From an uncultured Nitrospiraceae bacterium (lineage in GTDB: Bacteria > Nitrospirota > Nitrospiria > Nitrospirales > Nitrospiraceae): a stretch of DNA of 64,000 bases. The stretch is from the NCBI GenBank assembly GCA_963706325.1, contig CAVPLT010000003.1, positions 16,910 through 80,909 on the forward strand. Reading direction: 5' to 3'. Every line of letters begins with the position of its first letter. Position 1 is the stretch's first letter. This document shows, piece by piece, positions 33,721 through 43,752 of the stretch. The notes beneath the pieces are model-generated. The model was given only the letters and a program-made list of their open reading frames with translations, made no database searches and was not told where the DNA came from. Made by a program: the position numbers and the translations under genes.

Positions 33721-34253
33721 CCAGAGGGCGAACACGGCAATCTGAACTCCCGTGCAAGGTTGTAAATGACCTCTGTCTATATCCAGGTCCGACCTCCTTT
33801 CGTTTAGACGGCTCCGCATTGACTTCCCTGAAAATGGCCCTCAATCACCAGCCTCCCCCTTCGCTAGGTATCCTCAGGATATTCTCTTCTATGCCACTTG
33901 AGCACGAGGCCTGCAAGGCTAGTTGAAAACCTCCACCCCTTGCTGAACACATTCTCAAGCTGGGCTGTGTGGTCCACACCTGACCATTTTCATGGATATT
34001 GTGCCCTTACGGGAACTAGCAAATGGCGATAGACTGCATGGCAAAGTTACTAGGAGAGGAAATAGAGGTAGCTTGAGGGGGGCACTCGTATATGCGGCTG
34101 CAAATCACCTCTTCTCCACGGCCACAATTGAGAACAGAAGCGAAGCCTCTCCAATTTGGCACTGCGCTAGGGGGATTGCCAGAGGACTTGTTGAGCGGAG
34201 ACTTGTTATGGTGAGCAGTAGGATGCAGTTCGTTTCTAGATACAAGGAGCACT

Positions 34254-35204
34254 ATGCCATTTTCGTTAAAGAACTCTTTCATTGTTCTTCAAACACTCCT
34301 TCTCTCGGTATTTGCCCTTTCCTGTTGGGCGGGTGATACGGAGCTCTATAACGAGATTGATGTCACAAACGGAGGTTCGATCCGGGGGAAAGTAAAGTTT
34401 GCAGGGAAAGTTCCAACACCTAAAGGATATAACCTGACCACTCTGCCGGATCCGATCTACTGCGGGCGGATATCCGATGGAAAAGGTTGGCGTCTCTTAC
34501 AACCCTTCGACGTGGGACCACAAGGCGAGTTTCGACAAGTCGTTGTGCGTTTGCAAGGGATACACAATGGAAAATCTTTCGCGTCCGGCAAGCCCCCTCG
34601 TATTCAAGCGATTGACTGCCAGTTCCTCCCGTTCATTAATGTCGTGCGAGATCAACAAGAAGTGGTGGTGGTTAATTTGGATCCAGCGATGCACGACATA
34701 CAGGCCTATGAAACGTCGCAGCTCGGGCCTCGGGTCTTGTTCAATATTCCGTTACCGATTAGTCCGCGTTATCCGAATGAAGTCCGTCTGAGCGCACATT
34801 TTCATAAACATTTCGAGGGACCCCCGATGACACAAGCCGTGAGAATGACAAAGGGACGACGTGTGTTTACCATGCAATGCGGTTTCCATGCGTTTATGGA
34901 GAGCTGGGCTCTGACGGTGGAGAACCCTTACTTTGCGGTGACTGATACGGAGGGACGATTCGAGATTGAGGACATACCGCCAGGGACCTATAAATTATCT
35001 GTCTGGCATCCATATCTGCGCGACGTCTATGAACAAATAATCGCGGTCACTCCGAAGGCGTTACAGGACGTGCAATTTGAAGTCGCAGCTCCAACGGGGC
35101 GACTATACGCCAACCAAATGGTCGAGAACGCCTATAATCGCTATACGATTACAGAAGACGTGCAGAGCGAGATTGTTCCAACCGTTGAAAAGCAAAGCTA
35201 TTGA
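34254..35204 (+). CDS. Secreted carboxypeptidase-regulatory-like (cupredoxin-like) domain protein
   Basis: Signal peptide; NGGSIRGKV, DCQFLP, QCGFHAFMESW, NPYFAVTD and IPPGTYKLSVWHP. Confidence 0.85.
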   Translation: MPFSLKNSFIVLQTLLLSVFALSCWAGDTELYNEIDVTNGGSIRGKVKFAGKVPTPKGYNLTTLPDPIYCGRISDGKGWRLLQPFDVGPQGEFRQVVVRLQGIHNGKSFASGKPPRIQAIDCQFLPFINVVRDQQEVVVVNLDPAMHDIQAYETSQLGPRVLFNIPLPISPRYPNEVRLSAHFHKHFEGPPMTQAVRMTKGRRVFTMQCGFHAFMESWALTVENPYFAVTDTEGRFEIEDIPPGTYKLSVWHPYLRDVYEQIIAVTPKALQDVQFEVAAPTGRLYANQMVENAYNRYTITEDVQSEIVPTVEKQSY

Positions 35205-35517
35205 GACGGCAATCTCACTCCAGTCGATCAGATGCGGCGTGAAACGCTTACACTGGCGATCACCAAGGCTTCCACCGAATCGTGCATCGTAGATCGCCGT
35301 CATCAGTGAGAGGTAAATCGGTCCCAACAAGCGGTCTTGGACGTCAAGCCCAAGATGGCTCTCCCACGGAGAAGGAAAGGCATCGGTTAGCAGAGTACGT
35401 GGAGCGCAACGTAAGCCGCCACCATATGGGACCGTGTCAGGACGAGCCTATGGTTCGTCCCCAGCATTATGGTGACTGGCGCCCTCGTCCTCGCCCTAGG
35501 TACCCGTGCAGCGGATT

Positions 35518-36043
35518 TGTAGGAGAGAAGCCTGATCAGAGGTGTCTTGCATACAACAATGCGTTCACTCTGTCAGGGGCGTCCTGTCTCCCATCGGTTA
35601 AGAAGCGCATCTTTAAGGCCGGGAGGTCGGGTGGGAAGTGACATCGTAGATTCACAGTACCGACAAAGACTCTCAAACCACCAGACTTCCTGCGGATCCA
35701 AGTCATACAGCTGCCGGGCAACGGATTCCTCCATCCAGGCTTCTCTGGATGTCACCGTTCTCTGTGGGAGCTGTCTGCGGCCGCATTTTTTGCAGTGAAA
35801 CCAGACCGCCCGACCCAAGAACAGGCCTGATTCATTAACGGCTGCGTCTCCGGTCTCGTCGCCCGGGCCGTGCTCTTGCTCGTAATCATGCATTGCCCGT
35901 TTATAGGGCAGTCTGCTGAAACCTGGAACTCGTAAAATGTGAATGTTTTTGCGGAAAGTTTACGAGGCACGTGATAGGGTAAGGGAGAGCTGAATGAGGG
36001 CCATCAGCGCCGATTATAAGGGCAACAGACCATGCATCAGGGC
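35518..36043. repeat. Direct repeat, copy 1 (left flank of nxrAB cassette)
   Basis: Colinear with 42606-43140; shares gtgaatgtttttgcggaaagtttacgaggcacg exactly. Confidence 0.9.
35573..35893 (-). CDS. Small Cys-containing hypothetical protein (repeat copy 1)
   Basis: DAAVNESGLFLGRAVWFHCKKC...LDPQEVWWFESLCRYC; paralog at 42571-42984. Confidence 0.55.
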   Translation of the reverse strand: MHDYEQEHGPGDETGDAAVNESGLFLGRAVWFHCKKCGRRQLPQRTVTSREAWMEESVARQLYDLDPQEVWWFESLCRYCESTMSLPTRPPGLKDALLNRWETGRP

Positions 36044-36148
36044 CATTACAGGGGCTGGGGGACGCTTACCACGGGGGCACTTGGGATTGCCTTGCATACA
36101 GACTCATGGGTCTGAGTAACTACTGAATCTAGGGCTAGATCCACATAC

Positions 36149-36424
36149 TTACACAGGAGCTGTACGATTTTTATCGACAATAGCCCAGGCTATTAGGCCA
36201 TATGAAATGAATCGCAATATATAAATGAAGGGGTCTTCCTCCGATGACGCAGCCATAAGTGCCATACAAATACGACTCACCACTTCCACAAAGAATGCGA
36301 GCGCGAAAAATAAAAACAAACGGTCGCCGCTCGTCCTCCAGAATCGCAAAAAGAATACACCTGCCATCGAAGTTCCCAACGTAACCGCCCCCAGCAGCCA
36401 TTCTTTCAGCCCCAATATTTCCAT
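36149..36424 (-). CDS. DUF5985 family small membrane protein
   Basis: FFLRFWRTSGDRLFLFFALAF...AIVDKNR. Confidence 0.85.
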   Translation of the reverse strand: MEILGLKEWLLGAVTLGTSMAGVFFLRFWRTSGDRLFLFFALAFFVEVVSRICMALMAASSEEDPFIYILRFISYGLIAWAIVDKNRTAPV

Positions 36425-36687
36425 TAGTCCACCTCAGTCCGCATGATGAGCCCGTAGAGGAGTAGGCTGATGGCAAGGAGTGCAATGATATGTCGCCAGA
36501 TACTTAGATCTATCAGGGGAACCACGAGTTTATCTGCAATAAGCAAGACGTTGTTTACGGTCTGAATGCTAAAAAATACGCCGCTCCAGAAGATGAGTCT
36601 ATTATTCCCACTCCGATAGGCTCTGAGAAGGAGCCACGCGCATAACAATGCGGTCGCCGCACAGAGCGTATAAATAAGACCAGCCAT
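36424..36687 (-). CDS. DUF5985 family small membrane protein
   Basis: IYTLCAATALLCAWLLLRAY...RLIFWSG...NNVLL..D. Confidence 0.85.
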   Translation of the reverse strand: MAGLIYTLCAATALLCAWLLLRAYRSGNNRLIFWSGVFFSIQTVNNVLLIADKLVVPLIDLSIWRHIIALLAISLLLYGLIMRTEVD

Positions 36688-36689
36688 GG

Positions 36690-37076
36690 CTATTCTTTCT
36701 TCTTCAATCTAAATGCATCCGCCATTTCCGCGAGATCCCGTCGAGGCTTCTGATGTATGAGGTTGGTTACCGGTACGAGATATTTGGAATAAGTGTCTGC
36801 CAATTGATTGATGGATGCAGCAAGGTCCTGATTCTTGGGCTGGTAGTAATACAATCTGGGCTCCAGCGTTTCGGTTTCAATCAACTCACGCGCCACCAGC
36901 TTCCCGAGAACCGCTGCAGTTTCCTTCTCAGTCATGTAAATCCGTTCGGCAACGCCGTTGCAAGTCCATTTGTGCTGTGGATGAGTACGAAACAGTAGTA
37001 GGGCTTCGAGTTGGGCAACGGAATCAATGTTGGCGAGAATGAATCTGCGAACTTCATCGGGGATGCGATGTTGCAT
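36690..37076 (-). CDS. Winged-helix-like protein associated with DUF5985 genes
   Basis: IPDEVRRFILANIDSVAQLEALLL...VTNLIH..ADAFRLKK. Confidence 0.8.
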   Translation of the reverse strand: MQHRIPDEVRRFILANIDSVAQLEALLLFRTHPQHKWTCNGVAERIYMTEKETAAVLGKLVARELIETETLEPRLYYYQPKNQDLAASINQLADTYSKYLVPVTNLIHQKPRRDLAEMADAFRLKKKE

Positions 37077-37480
37077 GATTTCTTTTTAATGGGGGAAGCA
37101 AAATTAGACGATCCGGGTGCGGCACCAGCAAGTCTGCACGCCCTCAGGTATGGGGGGGGTACTCTCAGCTAAAGCTCGTACAGACTACTTATTTGAGAAA
37201 AGCTCTGTCAATACGCTTCAACCGATAATGGTCCTGACAATAGTTCCTACCAGGTTACTATCTTCCAATCGCGATGAAGCATTTGCTGCCTTATTAGCCC
37301 GTCGGTCTACTCTTCTATTCCTCTCTCCCAGAGACATAGGGATCATACCTCCGAGAATGGCCTTAGCGTGATCCGCAGCGGATTGGGCTCCTCCATGAGG
37401 TCAGTGTAAGTGAAGGGATACTTCCTCGATGAGAAGAGTCAGCGCGTCGGGCTGTGGAATAAGTAGGAGATCATTAAGAC

Positions 37481-37567
37481 GAAGGCAGGAGGCCCTTTCG
37501 AGCTTCCTGCCTTCATTCCTGCTCATTCTCTTCACAGGAGAAAAAGGCGAGGCCTTTTTCCCCTGTG
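37481..37567 (-). terminator. Two stem-loops downstream of nxrB (terminator or stabiliser)
   Basis: gaaggcagga/tcctgccttc (37481-37514) and cacaggagaaaaaggc/gcctttttcccctgtg (37533-37567). Confidence 0.7.
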
Positions 37568-37573
37568 TGAGTC

Positions 37574-38863
37574 TTACAGCCAGTTCACGCGTTCGGCCGG
37601 CCGAATGTAGATCGGCTCTTCGACCTGGATGCGCGCCACTTCCTTGCCCGACTTGTTGAAGCCCAACACGGTATCGTTGTACATATCGAACCGCTTCCCG
37701 TGGATCTGGGTTTCAAACACTTTCGGACCCGGAATGACGTCGTACCGGAAGATGATCTGCTGGCTCGCTCTCCAGAGCTGGAGGACGGCCAACAGTTCCC
37801 GACTCGGCACAAGATACTTCTCGATGGCGTTGTCCACGCCCGGGCCGAACATCTGCCGCGCATACCCACGCGGGCTGTGTCGCGGCGGAATGTAGAAGCC
37901 GTTGGGCTCGGTGCCCCACTGTGGATACAGGGGCAAGGCCACCTGCTCTACGCGAATCGCGTAGTACAGGGGATGCCAGCGGTCTTCGGCCCACAGGCCG
38001 TCCTCGCCGATCCGCATCAACGACTGCATGCGGATCTTGCCCACGCAGGCCGCCATGCAGCGCGTTTCCATCGGCTCGCCGCCCGTCAGCGGATCCTTGC
38101 CTTCGATCCGCGGATAACAGGCGATACACTTCTCCGACACCCGGGTCGTGCCCCGGTACATCGGCTTCTTATAGGGACACTGCTCCACGCACTTCTTGTA
38201 CCCGCGACATCGGTTCTGGTCGATCAACACAATGCCGTCTTCCGGCCGCTTGTAGATCGCCTTCCGCGGGCAGGCCGCGAGGCAGCCCGGATAGGTGCAG
38301 TGGTTGCAGATCCGCTGCAGATAGAAGAAATACGTCTCGTGTTCCGGCAAGCTTGAGCCGGAGAGCCGCCACGGTTCGTCCCGCGTAAAGCCCGACTTGT
38401 CGATGTTCTCGACAATGGCCCGCATCGACGTCGCCGTGTCTTCATAAATGTTCACGAACCGCCATTCCTGGTCGGTCGGAATGTACCCGATCGCCGCCTG
38501 GCCCACTTTGGCCCCGGCGTCGAAAATGGTCATCCCTTCGAACACCCCGTACGGCGCATGGTGCTTGCGGCCCACGCGCACGTTCCACACCTGCCCGCCC
38601 GGGTTCACTTGCTCGACGAGCTGCGTGATCTTCACGTCGTAGAACTGCGGATACCCGCCGTAGGGCTTGGTCTCCACGTTGTTCCACCACATGTACTCCT
38701 GCCCCTTCGAAAAGAGCCAGGTCGACTTGTCGGCCATCGAACAGGTCTGACAGGCCAAACAGCGATTGATGTTGAACACAAAGGCAAACTGCCACTTCGG
38801 ATGCCGCTCCTCATACGGATACAGCATCTTCCGTCCCAGTTGCCAGTTATAGACTTCTGGCAT
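37574..38863 (-). CDS. nxrB: Nitrite oxidoreductase beta subunit (Nitrospira type)
   Basis: MPEVYNWQLGR start; Fe-S motifs CLACQTC, CNHCTYPGCLAACP, CVEQCP and CIAC; 429 aa. Confidence 0.98.
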   Translation of the reverse strand: MPEVYNWQLGRKMLYPYEERHPKWQFAFVFNINRCLACQTCSMADKSTWLFSKGQEYMWWNNVETKPYGGYPQFYDVKITQLVEQVNPGGQVWNVRVGRKHHAPYGVFEGMTIFDAGAKVGQAAIGYIPTDQEWRFVNIYEDTATSMRAIVENIDKSGFTRDEPWRLSGSSLPEHETYFFYLQRICNHCTYPGCLAACPRKAIYKRPEDGIVLIDQNRCRGYKKCVEQCPYKKPMYRGTTRVSEKCIACYPRIEGKDPLTGGEPMETRCMAACVGKIRMQSLMRIGEDGLWAEDRWHPLYYAIRVEQVALPLYPQWGTEPNGFYIPPRHSPRGYARQMFGPGVDNAIEKYLVPSRELLAVLQLWRASQQIIFRYDVIPGPKVFETQIHGKRFDMYNDTVLGFNKSGKEVARIQVEEPIYIRPAERVNWL

Positions 38864-38902
38864 GACTCGCTCCTTTCAGTCTCGATAGGTCGATCGTTGT
38901 TC

Positions 38903-38931
38903 GTGACGCCCGCCGCCCGACGGCGCGTCAC
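38903..38931 (-). other. Intergenic stem-loop between nxrA and nxrB
   Basis: gtgacgc...gcgtcac inverted repeat with a GC-rich inner stem. Confidence 0.5.
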
Positions 38932-38946
38932 AGACGAACCCACACC

Positions 38947-41900
38947 CTAGACCTTGATCTTGATATGTTCCCCTTTGAGCCACTTGATCATGAACTCGTT
39001 TTCCTGACCCGGCGTGAACCCGGTCCGGACTGGTTCCCAGGGCCCACGGGCTCCGATGCCGCCGTCTTCCGCCTTCGTGATGCGGATCAAGCATTCCTTC
39101 GGGGTTGTGTTGACTCCATGGTGATCGATGGCATAGCCCCACTTGAACTTCCAAGCAACCGTATGTTTGCCCGGCAATGAGTCCGTCTGGTGCATCGGCA
39201 TCAACCAGCTTCTGGTAAACGACTGTTGGGCGCCGTACCGGAAGTTGGACTGATAGCCGGTATCGACCGCGATGGCACGTCCGTCCGGCCGCGTCTCGTG
39301 GCCCTTCACCGACTTGGCCGTCGACACGTACGGAGCATGTTTCGCCATCGTGACGTGATACGGATAGGCTGGATTGTACTTAGCCCGGATCATCAAACGG
39401 GACACTTTGTAGAACGGATCCGAAGGTTTCCAGCCACGATAGGGCCGGTCCACCGGGTTGCCGTCGACAAAGACGTAGTCGCCGTCGTTGATACCGCGGT
39501 CTTTCGCCGCTTGCGGATTAATGTGCAACTGGTGTTCGCCGACACCCGGCGTCCGTTTGTCCATGCGGTACGGATCGCCGAAGTTCGACTCATAAATCTG
39601 CACCCAGTCGTTGACCGACCATTGGCTGTGCACCCGGTGCCGGGTCTTGGGCGTCACACAGTAGAACTGGTAGCCCTTTTCCCACAATGGGTTCGGATGC
39701 CGCTTGATTTCCTGCCACGGCAGCTTGATGTTGCGCACGTGCTTGTCATCATGGTGCTGCGCGGTGATCGGAATCCCGTAATCGTCCGGCCGAATGAACG
39801 GATTGTTCGAGAAAATCGCATTCGGCAAGTACGGCGTACACTCTGGGCCTTCCCGGTGTACGATGAAGTTTTCCCCGTACTCGATGGCTTCCGGCTCAAT
39901 CCGGTAGGTCTCGATGCGGCCTGACCGCGTCCACTGGGGCTTCGACTCGTTCGTCTCCTCCCACAGCGGATGCCGCGGATAGGTCCTGGTCATGACCATC
40001 CAGCCCTTTTCCGACTTCAACATGACATCCGCGCTGTATCCGTAACAGGTGGCGCTAGCATCCAGCATCCGCTGCGGATAGACATCGACGCGGTTCATGT
40101 AGACGAAGTGGAACACGCCACGGAACCGGGCATCTCCGGTCACCTCCGCCAGCTTGGCGGCGACGCCGGCGAAGGTGTCCGCATCGTTCCGGGTGTCGTA
40201 CAACGGGCGGATTCCGCCTTTCCAGATCTGCACCCACGGATTGGAGACCGTAGCGGTCATCTCCGGATAGGTGAATTCCATCCACGAGTTACAGGCAAAC
40301 GCCACGTCCGCATGGTTGACGTCCGAGGTCATCTCGATGTCTTGCGTGACGATCATCTCGATGTTCGGATCGACGTTCTTCACCATGTCATAGTGGTGTT
40401 TGGCGTTGTTCAGAATGTTCACGTTGGTCACCCAGCGCACTTTGCTGGGGCTCGGCATATGGGTCTTGCCGGTGAACACCTTGCGCCCGTACTTCGGCGT
40501 ATTGACGATCAAGGCCGTATCCCCATGGTTCCAGTACCCGACCTCTTCACCATAATAATACGATTTGGTCTTGATCTCTTTGCCATGGGCATTGGGATCC
40601 AAGGTCAGGTTGAACGGATCCTCACCGGTGTGGACCGCGAGTCCCCCGCCGGACCACGGCACCGCGTTCCAGATCCCGGCTTTGTAGTTGCCGGACCAGG
40701 TATGGCAGCCCGTGCCGAATTTGCCGATGTTGCCCGTGATGGTCATCACCAGCGCCGCCGCCCGACCCATTGCCGTCATGTGGAAATAGTGACAGACGCC
40801 TTCGCCGTTGTGCATCGCGGCCGGCTTGATCGTGCCCGAATCACGCGCCCAACGGACCAGCAGGTCTTTCGGCGCCCGGGTGATTTGATGCGTGGTATCG
40901 AGATCATAGTCCTGAAGGTGGACTTGATACATTTGGTAGATCGACATGACGTCGATTTCGCGACCATTGACCAGCTTCACCCGGAACGTCCCGGTCAAGG
41001 CCGGATCGATGCCGCTCTCCTTGAAATGGAAGCCGACCTGCTCCCGGTGCAGAGGAACCGCTTTCCCCTTTGCCAGGTCCCAGACCATCATGCCGCCGAG
41101 TCGTTCGATTTGCTCGGGCTTCAAGGATTGGATGCGCCCCGAATAGCTCTTCGAGAAATCCGGGAATTTGTAATCGGCCACCACATCGCGCGGATCGAGA
41201 TACTGGAGAGTATCGGTCCGTACAAGTAAGGGCAGGTCGGTAAATTCCTTGATGTAATCAATATCCTGCAAATTCTCGTCGAAAATGATTTTGCAGGCAC
41301 CGAGGAAGTTGGCGCCGTCAGTTTCCGGCCGCAGAGGAATCCAGTAATCGGCCCGGTAGGCCGTCGGATTATATTCCGGCGTAATGACGACAATACGCGC
41401 GCCGCGCTCGATCGACTCGAGCTTCCAGTGCGCTTCCGGCATCTTGTTCTCGACGAAGTTCTTGCCCCAGCTGGTGTTCATTTTGGAAAAACGCATATCG
41501 GCTAGATCCAGATCGCAATTCTGGGTGCCGTTCCAGAAAGGATGGGACGGGTCCTGGTCGCCATGCCAAGTATAGTTTGAATAGTACTTTCCGCCTTGAG
41601 CCCTATCGGGACCGACTTTGCGAATCCACGAGTCCAGCAAAGGCAGACACCCATTATTAAAGCGGGTGTTCATCATTTTGCCCACGATGCCGAGCACCGG
41701 CATACCTGCCCGATGCTTGAAGCAGCGCACGCCCGCGCCCTTCATCATTTCGATCATTTCCGGCGCATAGCCCTGCTCGCGGAGACGGCGCGCTCCGGCT
41801 TCGCCGCTGTAGCGAGTGGCGATGAGCACGCAGGCTTTTGACACATAGGTAAACGCCGTGTCCCACGAGACCCGGTTGAGGTCGTCGAGGAAGCGGCTGT

Positions 41901-42390
41901 CGAATTTATACTTGTGTTTGACATCCGGCGTGAGTTCCGGTGATCCGTCGTCCATCCATTGTTTCCAGCCCTTCCGCATCAAGGGACCCTTCAAGCGATA
42001 GGGACCGTACACGCGGCGATGGAAGGTGAATCCCTTCAAGCACATGCGCGGGTTATGCGCGAAGGTACCGCGGTTGCCATAGAGATCTTCGTAAGTTTGA
42101 TGATCATAATTTTGTTCGACGCGCATGACGACGCCATTCCGGACGAACGCCCGGACTCGACAGCCGTGGGTATCGTTCGGCGAGCAGCACCAGGTAAAGG
42201 ACGAGTCATACCGGTATTGATCGTGATACACACGCTCCCAGGACCGATCCGGGTACTCACCCAGCGGGTTCCCAACCTCGATGACCGGCTGCAGCGCGGT
42301 CAACGCGAGGACTTTGTCCGCCACGGCCACGGCCGCGACGGTTCCTGCTGAAATTTTGAGAAACTGTCTCCGTGAAACGGAAACCAGCAT
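38947..42390 (-). CDS. nxrA: Nitrite oxidoreductase alpha subunit (periplasmic, Nitrospira type)
   Basis: TAT motif SRRQFLK; CSPNDTHGC...PRMCLKG Fe-S motif; WHGDQDP; AAGGAGGT RBS before ATG 42390. Confidence 0.98.
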   Translation of the reverse strand: MLVSVSRRQFLKISAGTVAAVAVADKVLALTALQPVIEVGNPLGEYPDRSWERVYHDQYRYDSSFTWCCSPNDTHGCRVRAFVRNGVVMRVEQNYDHQTYEDLYGNRGTFAHNPRMCLKGFTFHRRVYGPYRLKGPLMRKGWKQWMDDGSPELTPDVKHKYKFDSRFLDDLNRVSWDTAFTYVSKACVLIATRYSGEAGARRLREQGYAPEMIEMMKGAGVRCFKHRAGMPVLGIVGKMMNTRFNNGCLPLLDSWIRKVGPDRAQGGKYYSNYTWHGDQDPSHPFWNGTQNCDLDLADMRFSKMNTSWGKNFVENKMPEAHWKLESIERGARIVVITPEYNPTAYRADYWIPLRPETDGANFLGACKIIFDENLQDIDYIKEFTDLPLLVRTDTLQYLDPRDVVADYKFPDFSKSYSGRIQSLKPEQIERLGGMMVWDLAKGKAVPLHREQVGFHFKESGIDPALTGTFRVKLVNGREIDVMSIYQMYQVHLQDYDLDTTHQITRAPKDLLVRWARDSGTIKPAAMHNGEGVCHYFHMTAMGRAAALVMTITGNIGKFGTGCHTWSGNYKAGIWNAVPWSGGGLAVHTGEDPFNLTLDPNAHGKEIKTKSYYYGEEVGYWNHGDTALIVNTPKYGRKVFTGKTHMPSPSKVRWVTNVNILNNAKHHYDMVKNVDPNIEMIVTQDIEMTSDVNHADVAFACNSWMEFTYPEMTATVSNPWVQIWKGGIRPLYDTRNDADTFAGVAAKLAEVTGDARFRGVFHFVYMNRVDVYPQRMLDASATCYGYSADVMLKSEKGWMVMTRTYPRHPLWEETNESKPQWTRSGRIETYRIEPEAIEYGENFIVHREGPECTPYLPNAIFSNNPFIRPDDYGIPITAQHHDDKHVRNIKLPWQEIKRHPNPLWEKGYQFYCVTPKTRHRVHSQWSVNDWVQIYESNFGDPYRMDKRTPGVGEHQLHINPQAAKDRGINDGDYVFVDGNPVDRPYRGWKPSDPFYKVSRLMIRAKYNPAYPYHVTMAKHAPYVSTAKSVKGHETRPDGRAIAVDTGYQSNFRYGAQQSFTRSWLMPMHQTDSLPGKHTVAWKFKWGYAIDHHGVNTTPKECLIRITKAEDGGIGARGPWEPVRTGFTPGQENEFMIKWLKGEHIKIKV

Positions 42391-42570
42391 GATAGCTACC
42401 TCCTTGTTGGCCCATGAGTCCCTCATGCACCTGTTCGTACGACTTCCCTGCAGTTCCTAAAATGCGATTCTGGTTGATATACCCCCTTCCCCTGTATCGA
42501 ATTGGAAATATGGAGCGATCGAACGTCGCATACGAGATGGCGGTGGTCTCTGGCTCAATAGATGAGAGTA

Positions 42571-42984
42571 TCAAGGCTTTTGGGACCATGCGCCTTGTCC
42601 AAGTCTGTAGGAGAGAAGCCTAATTAGATGGGTTGTGTATACAACGATGCGTTCAGTCTTCCCACTGTCGTCTTGCGTTGCATAGGACACGAAGAGCATC
42701 TTAAGGCCAGCAGGTCGCGTCTGAAAGGAAATCGAGGTTTCGCGGTGCCCACAAAGAGTGTCCAACCAGCAGACTTCCTGAGGATCCAAGTTATGCCGTC
42801 GGAGGGGGACCGATGCCTCTTCCCAGCTTCCTTTGAATTTCGCAGGTCTGCTTGAGATATGTACTCGTCTGCTTCTCTTGCAGTTAAACCAGAGTGCCCG
42901 ACCCAAGAACTCGCCTGATTCATCAACGGCCGCATCCCAGTGTCCGTCGTCCCAAGGATGCTCCTCTTCGTGGGTTTCATGCAT
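42571..42984 (-). CDS. Small hypothetical protein (repeat copy 2; Cys pairs degenerate)
   Basis: DAAVDESGEFLGRALWFNCKRS...LDPQEVCWLDTLCGHR. Confidence 0.5.
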   Translation of the reverse strand: MHETHEEEHPWDDGHWDAAVDESGEFLGRALWFNCKRSRRVHISSRPAKFKGSWEEASVPLRRHNLDPQEVCWLDTLCGHRETSISFQTRPAGLKMLFVSYATQDDSGKTERIVVYTTHLIRLLSYRLGQGAWSQKP

Positions 42985-43140
42985 GGCCCATCTATAGAGC
43001 ACCCTGCAGAAGTTCGGAACTCGGAAAACGTGAATGTTTTTGCGGAAAGTTTACGAGGCACGGGGAGGAATAAAGGGAGGAGACGAATAAGCTACCGTCA
43101 ACGCCGATGACTAAGGGGTCAACAGACCATGCGTCAGCGC
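42606..43140. repeat. Direct repeat, copy 2 (right flank of nxrAB cassette)
   Basis: Colinear with 35518-36043. Confidence 0.9.
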
Positions 43141-43752
43141 ATATTTGATAAGTTCTGCAGTGGTCCGCAATCCAAGCTGCTCCATGGCTTGTGCCTTATG
43201 AAATTCAACAGTCCGCGTCGAAATTTTGAGTCTCACGGCAATGTCCTTCACCGCTCGTCCCTCGGCCAGTAGTTGGAGGACCTCTCGCTGACGAAAGGTG
43301 AGTGGCTTTTTGTGTCGCAACTGCTCAGCCCCAGGAGCAAGTAAGGTGTCAATGAGCTCCTTGGCGATCAACGGCGTGACGTAGGTGTGCCCCCCCCATA
43401 CCACTTTTATCGCCTGCTCCAGCTCATCGACAGCTGACCGTTTCAGCAAATAACCTGACGCGCCTGCTTCGAACGCCGATCGAACATAATCAACATCGGC
43501 ATGCATGGTCACGAAAATAATCTTGATCGAGGGCTGCCGCTTCTTTAGCTCCGTGGCGGCATCGATGCCGTTCAGTAAAGGCATCGACACATCGAGAATG
43601 ACAATGTCGGGCTGCGCGCGTTCAGCGGCTTCAATAAGCGCTCGCCCATCTTCGACCATTCCGACCAGCTCGCATTGCGCATCGAGAATGCGCCGGAAGC
43701 CTTCGAGCACCAACGAATGATCGTCTGCCAACAGGACGCGCGGCCTAAGCAT
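43111..43752 (-). CDS. NarL/LuxR family response regulator
   Basis: LADDH, LDVSMPLLNG and LTFRQREVLQLLAEG...TVEFHK. Confidence 0.95.
   Translation of the reverse strand: MLRPRVLLADDHSLVLEGFRRILDAQCELVGMVEDGRALIEAAERAQPDIVILDVSMPLLNGIDAATELKKRQPSIKIIFVTMHADVDYVRSAFEAGASGYLLKRSAVDELEQAIKVVWGGHTYVTPLIAKELIDTLLAPGAEQLRHKKPLTFRQREVLQLLAEGRAVKDIAVRLKISTRTVEFHKAQAMEQLGLRTTAELIKYALTHGLLTP

Noticed and set aside
39190..41229. Long plus-strand ORFs (244 aa, 419 aa) opposite nxrA
   Set aside because: Antisense shadows of a high-GC3 gene; the same applies to the ORFs opposite nxrB and 27773-29407
42391..42426. Extended nxrA start at 42426
   Set aside because: The strong RBS and TAT motif position favour ATG 42390
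42420..42445. Sigma-54 promoter upstream of nxrA (TCGTACGAACAGGTGCA on minus strand)
   Set aside because: Lacks the invariant -24 GG and has wrong spacing
37076..43111. nxrC or a TorD-like chaperone next to nxrAB
   Set aside because: No such ORF is present; separate location of nxrC candidates is usual in Nitrospira
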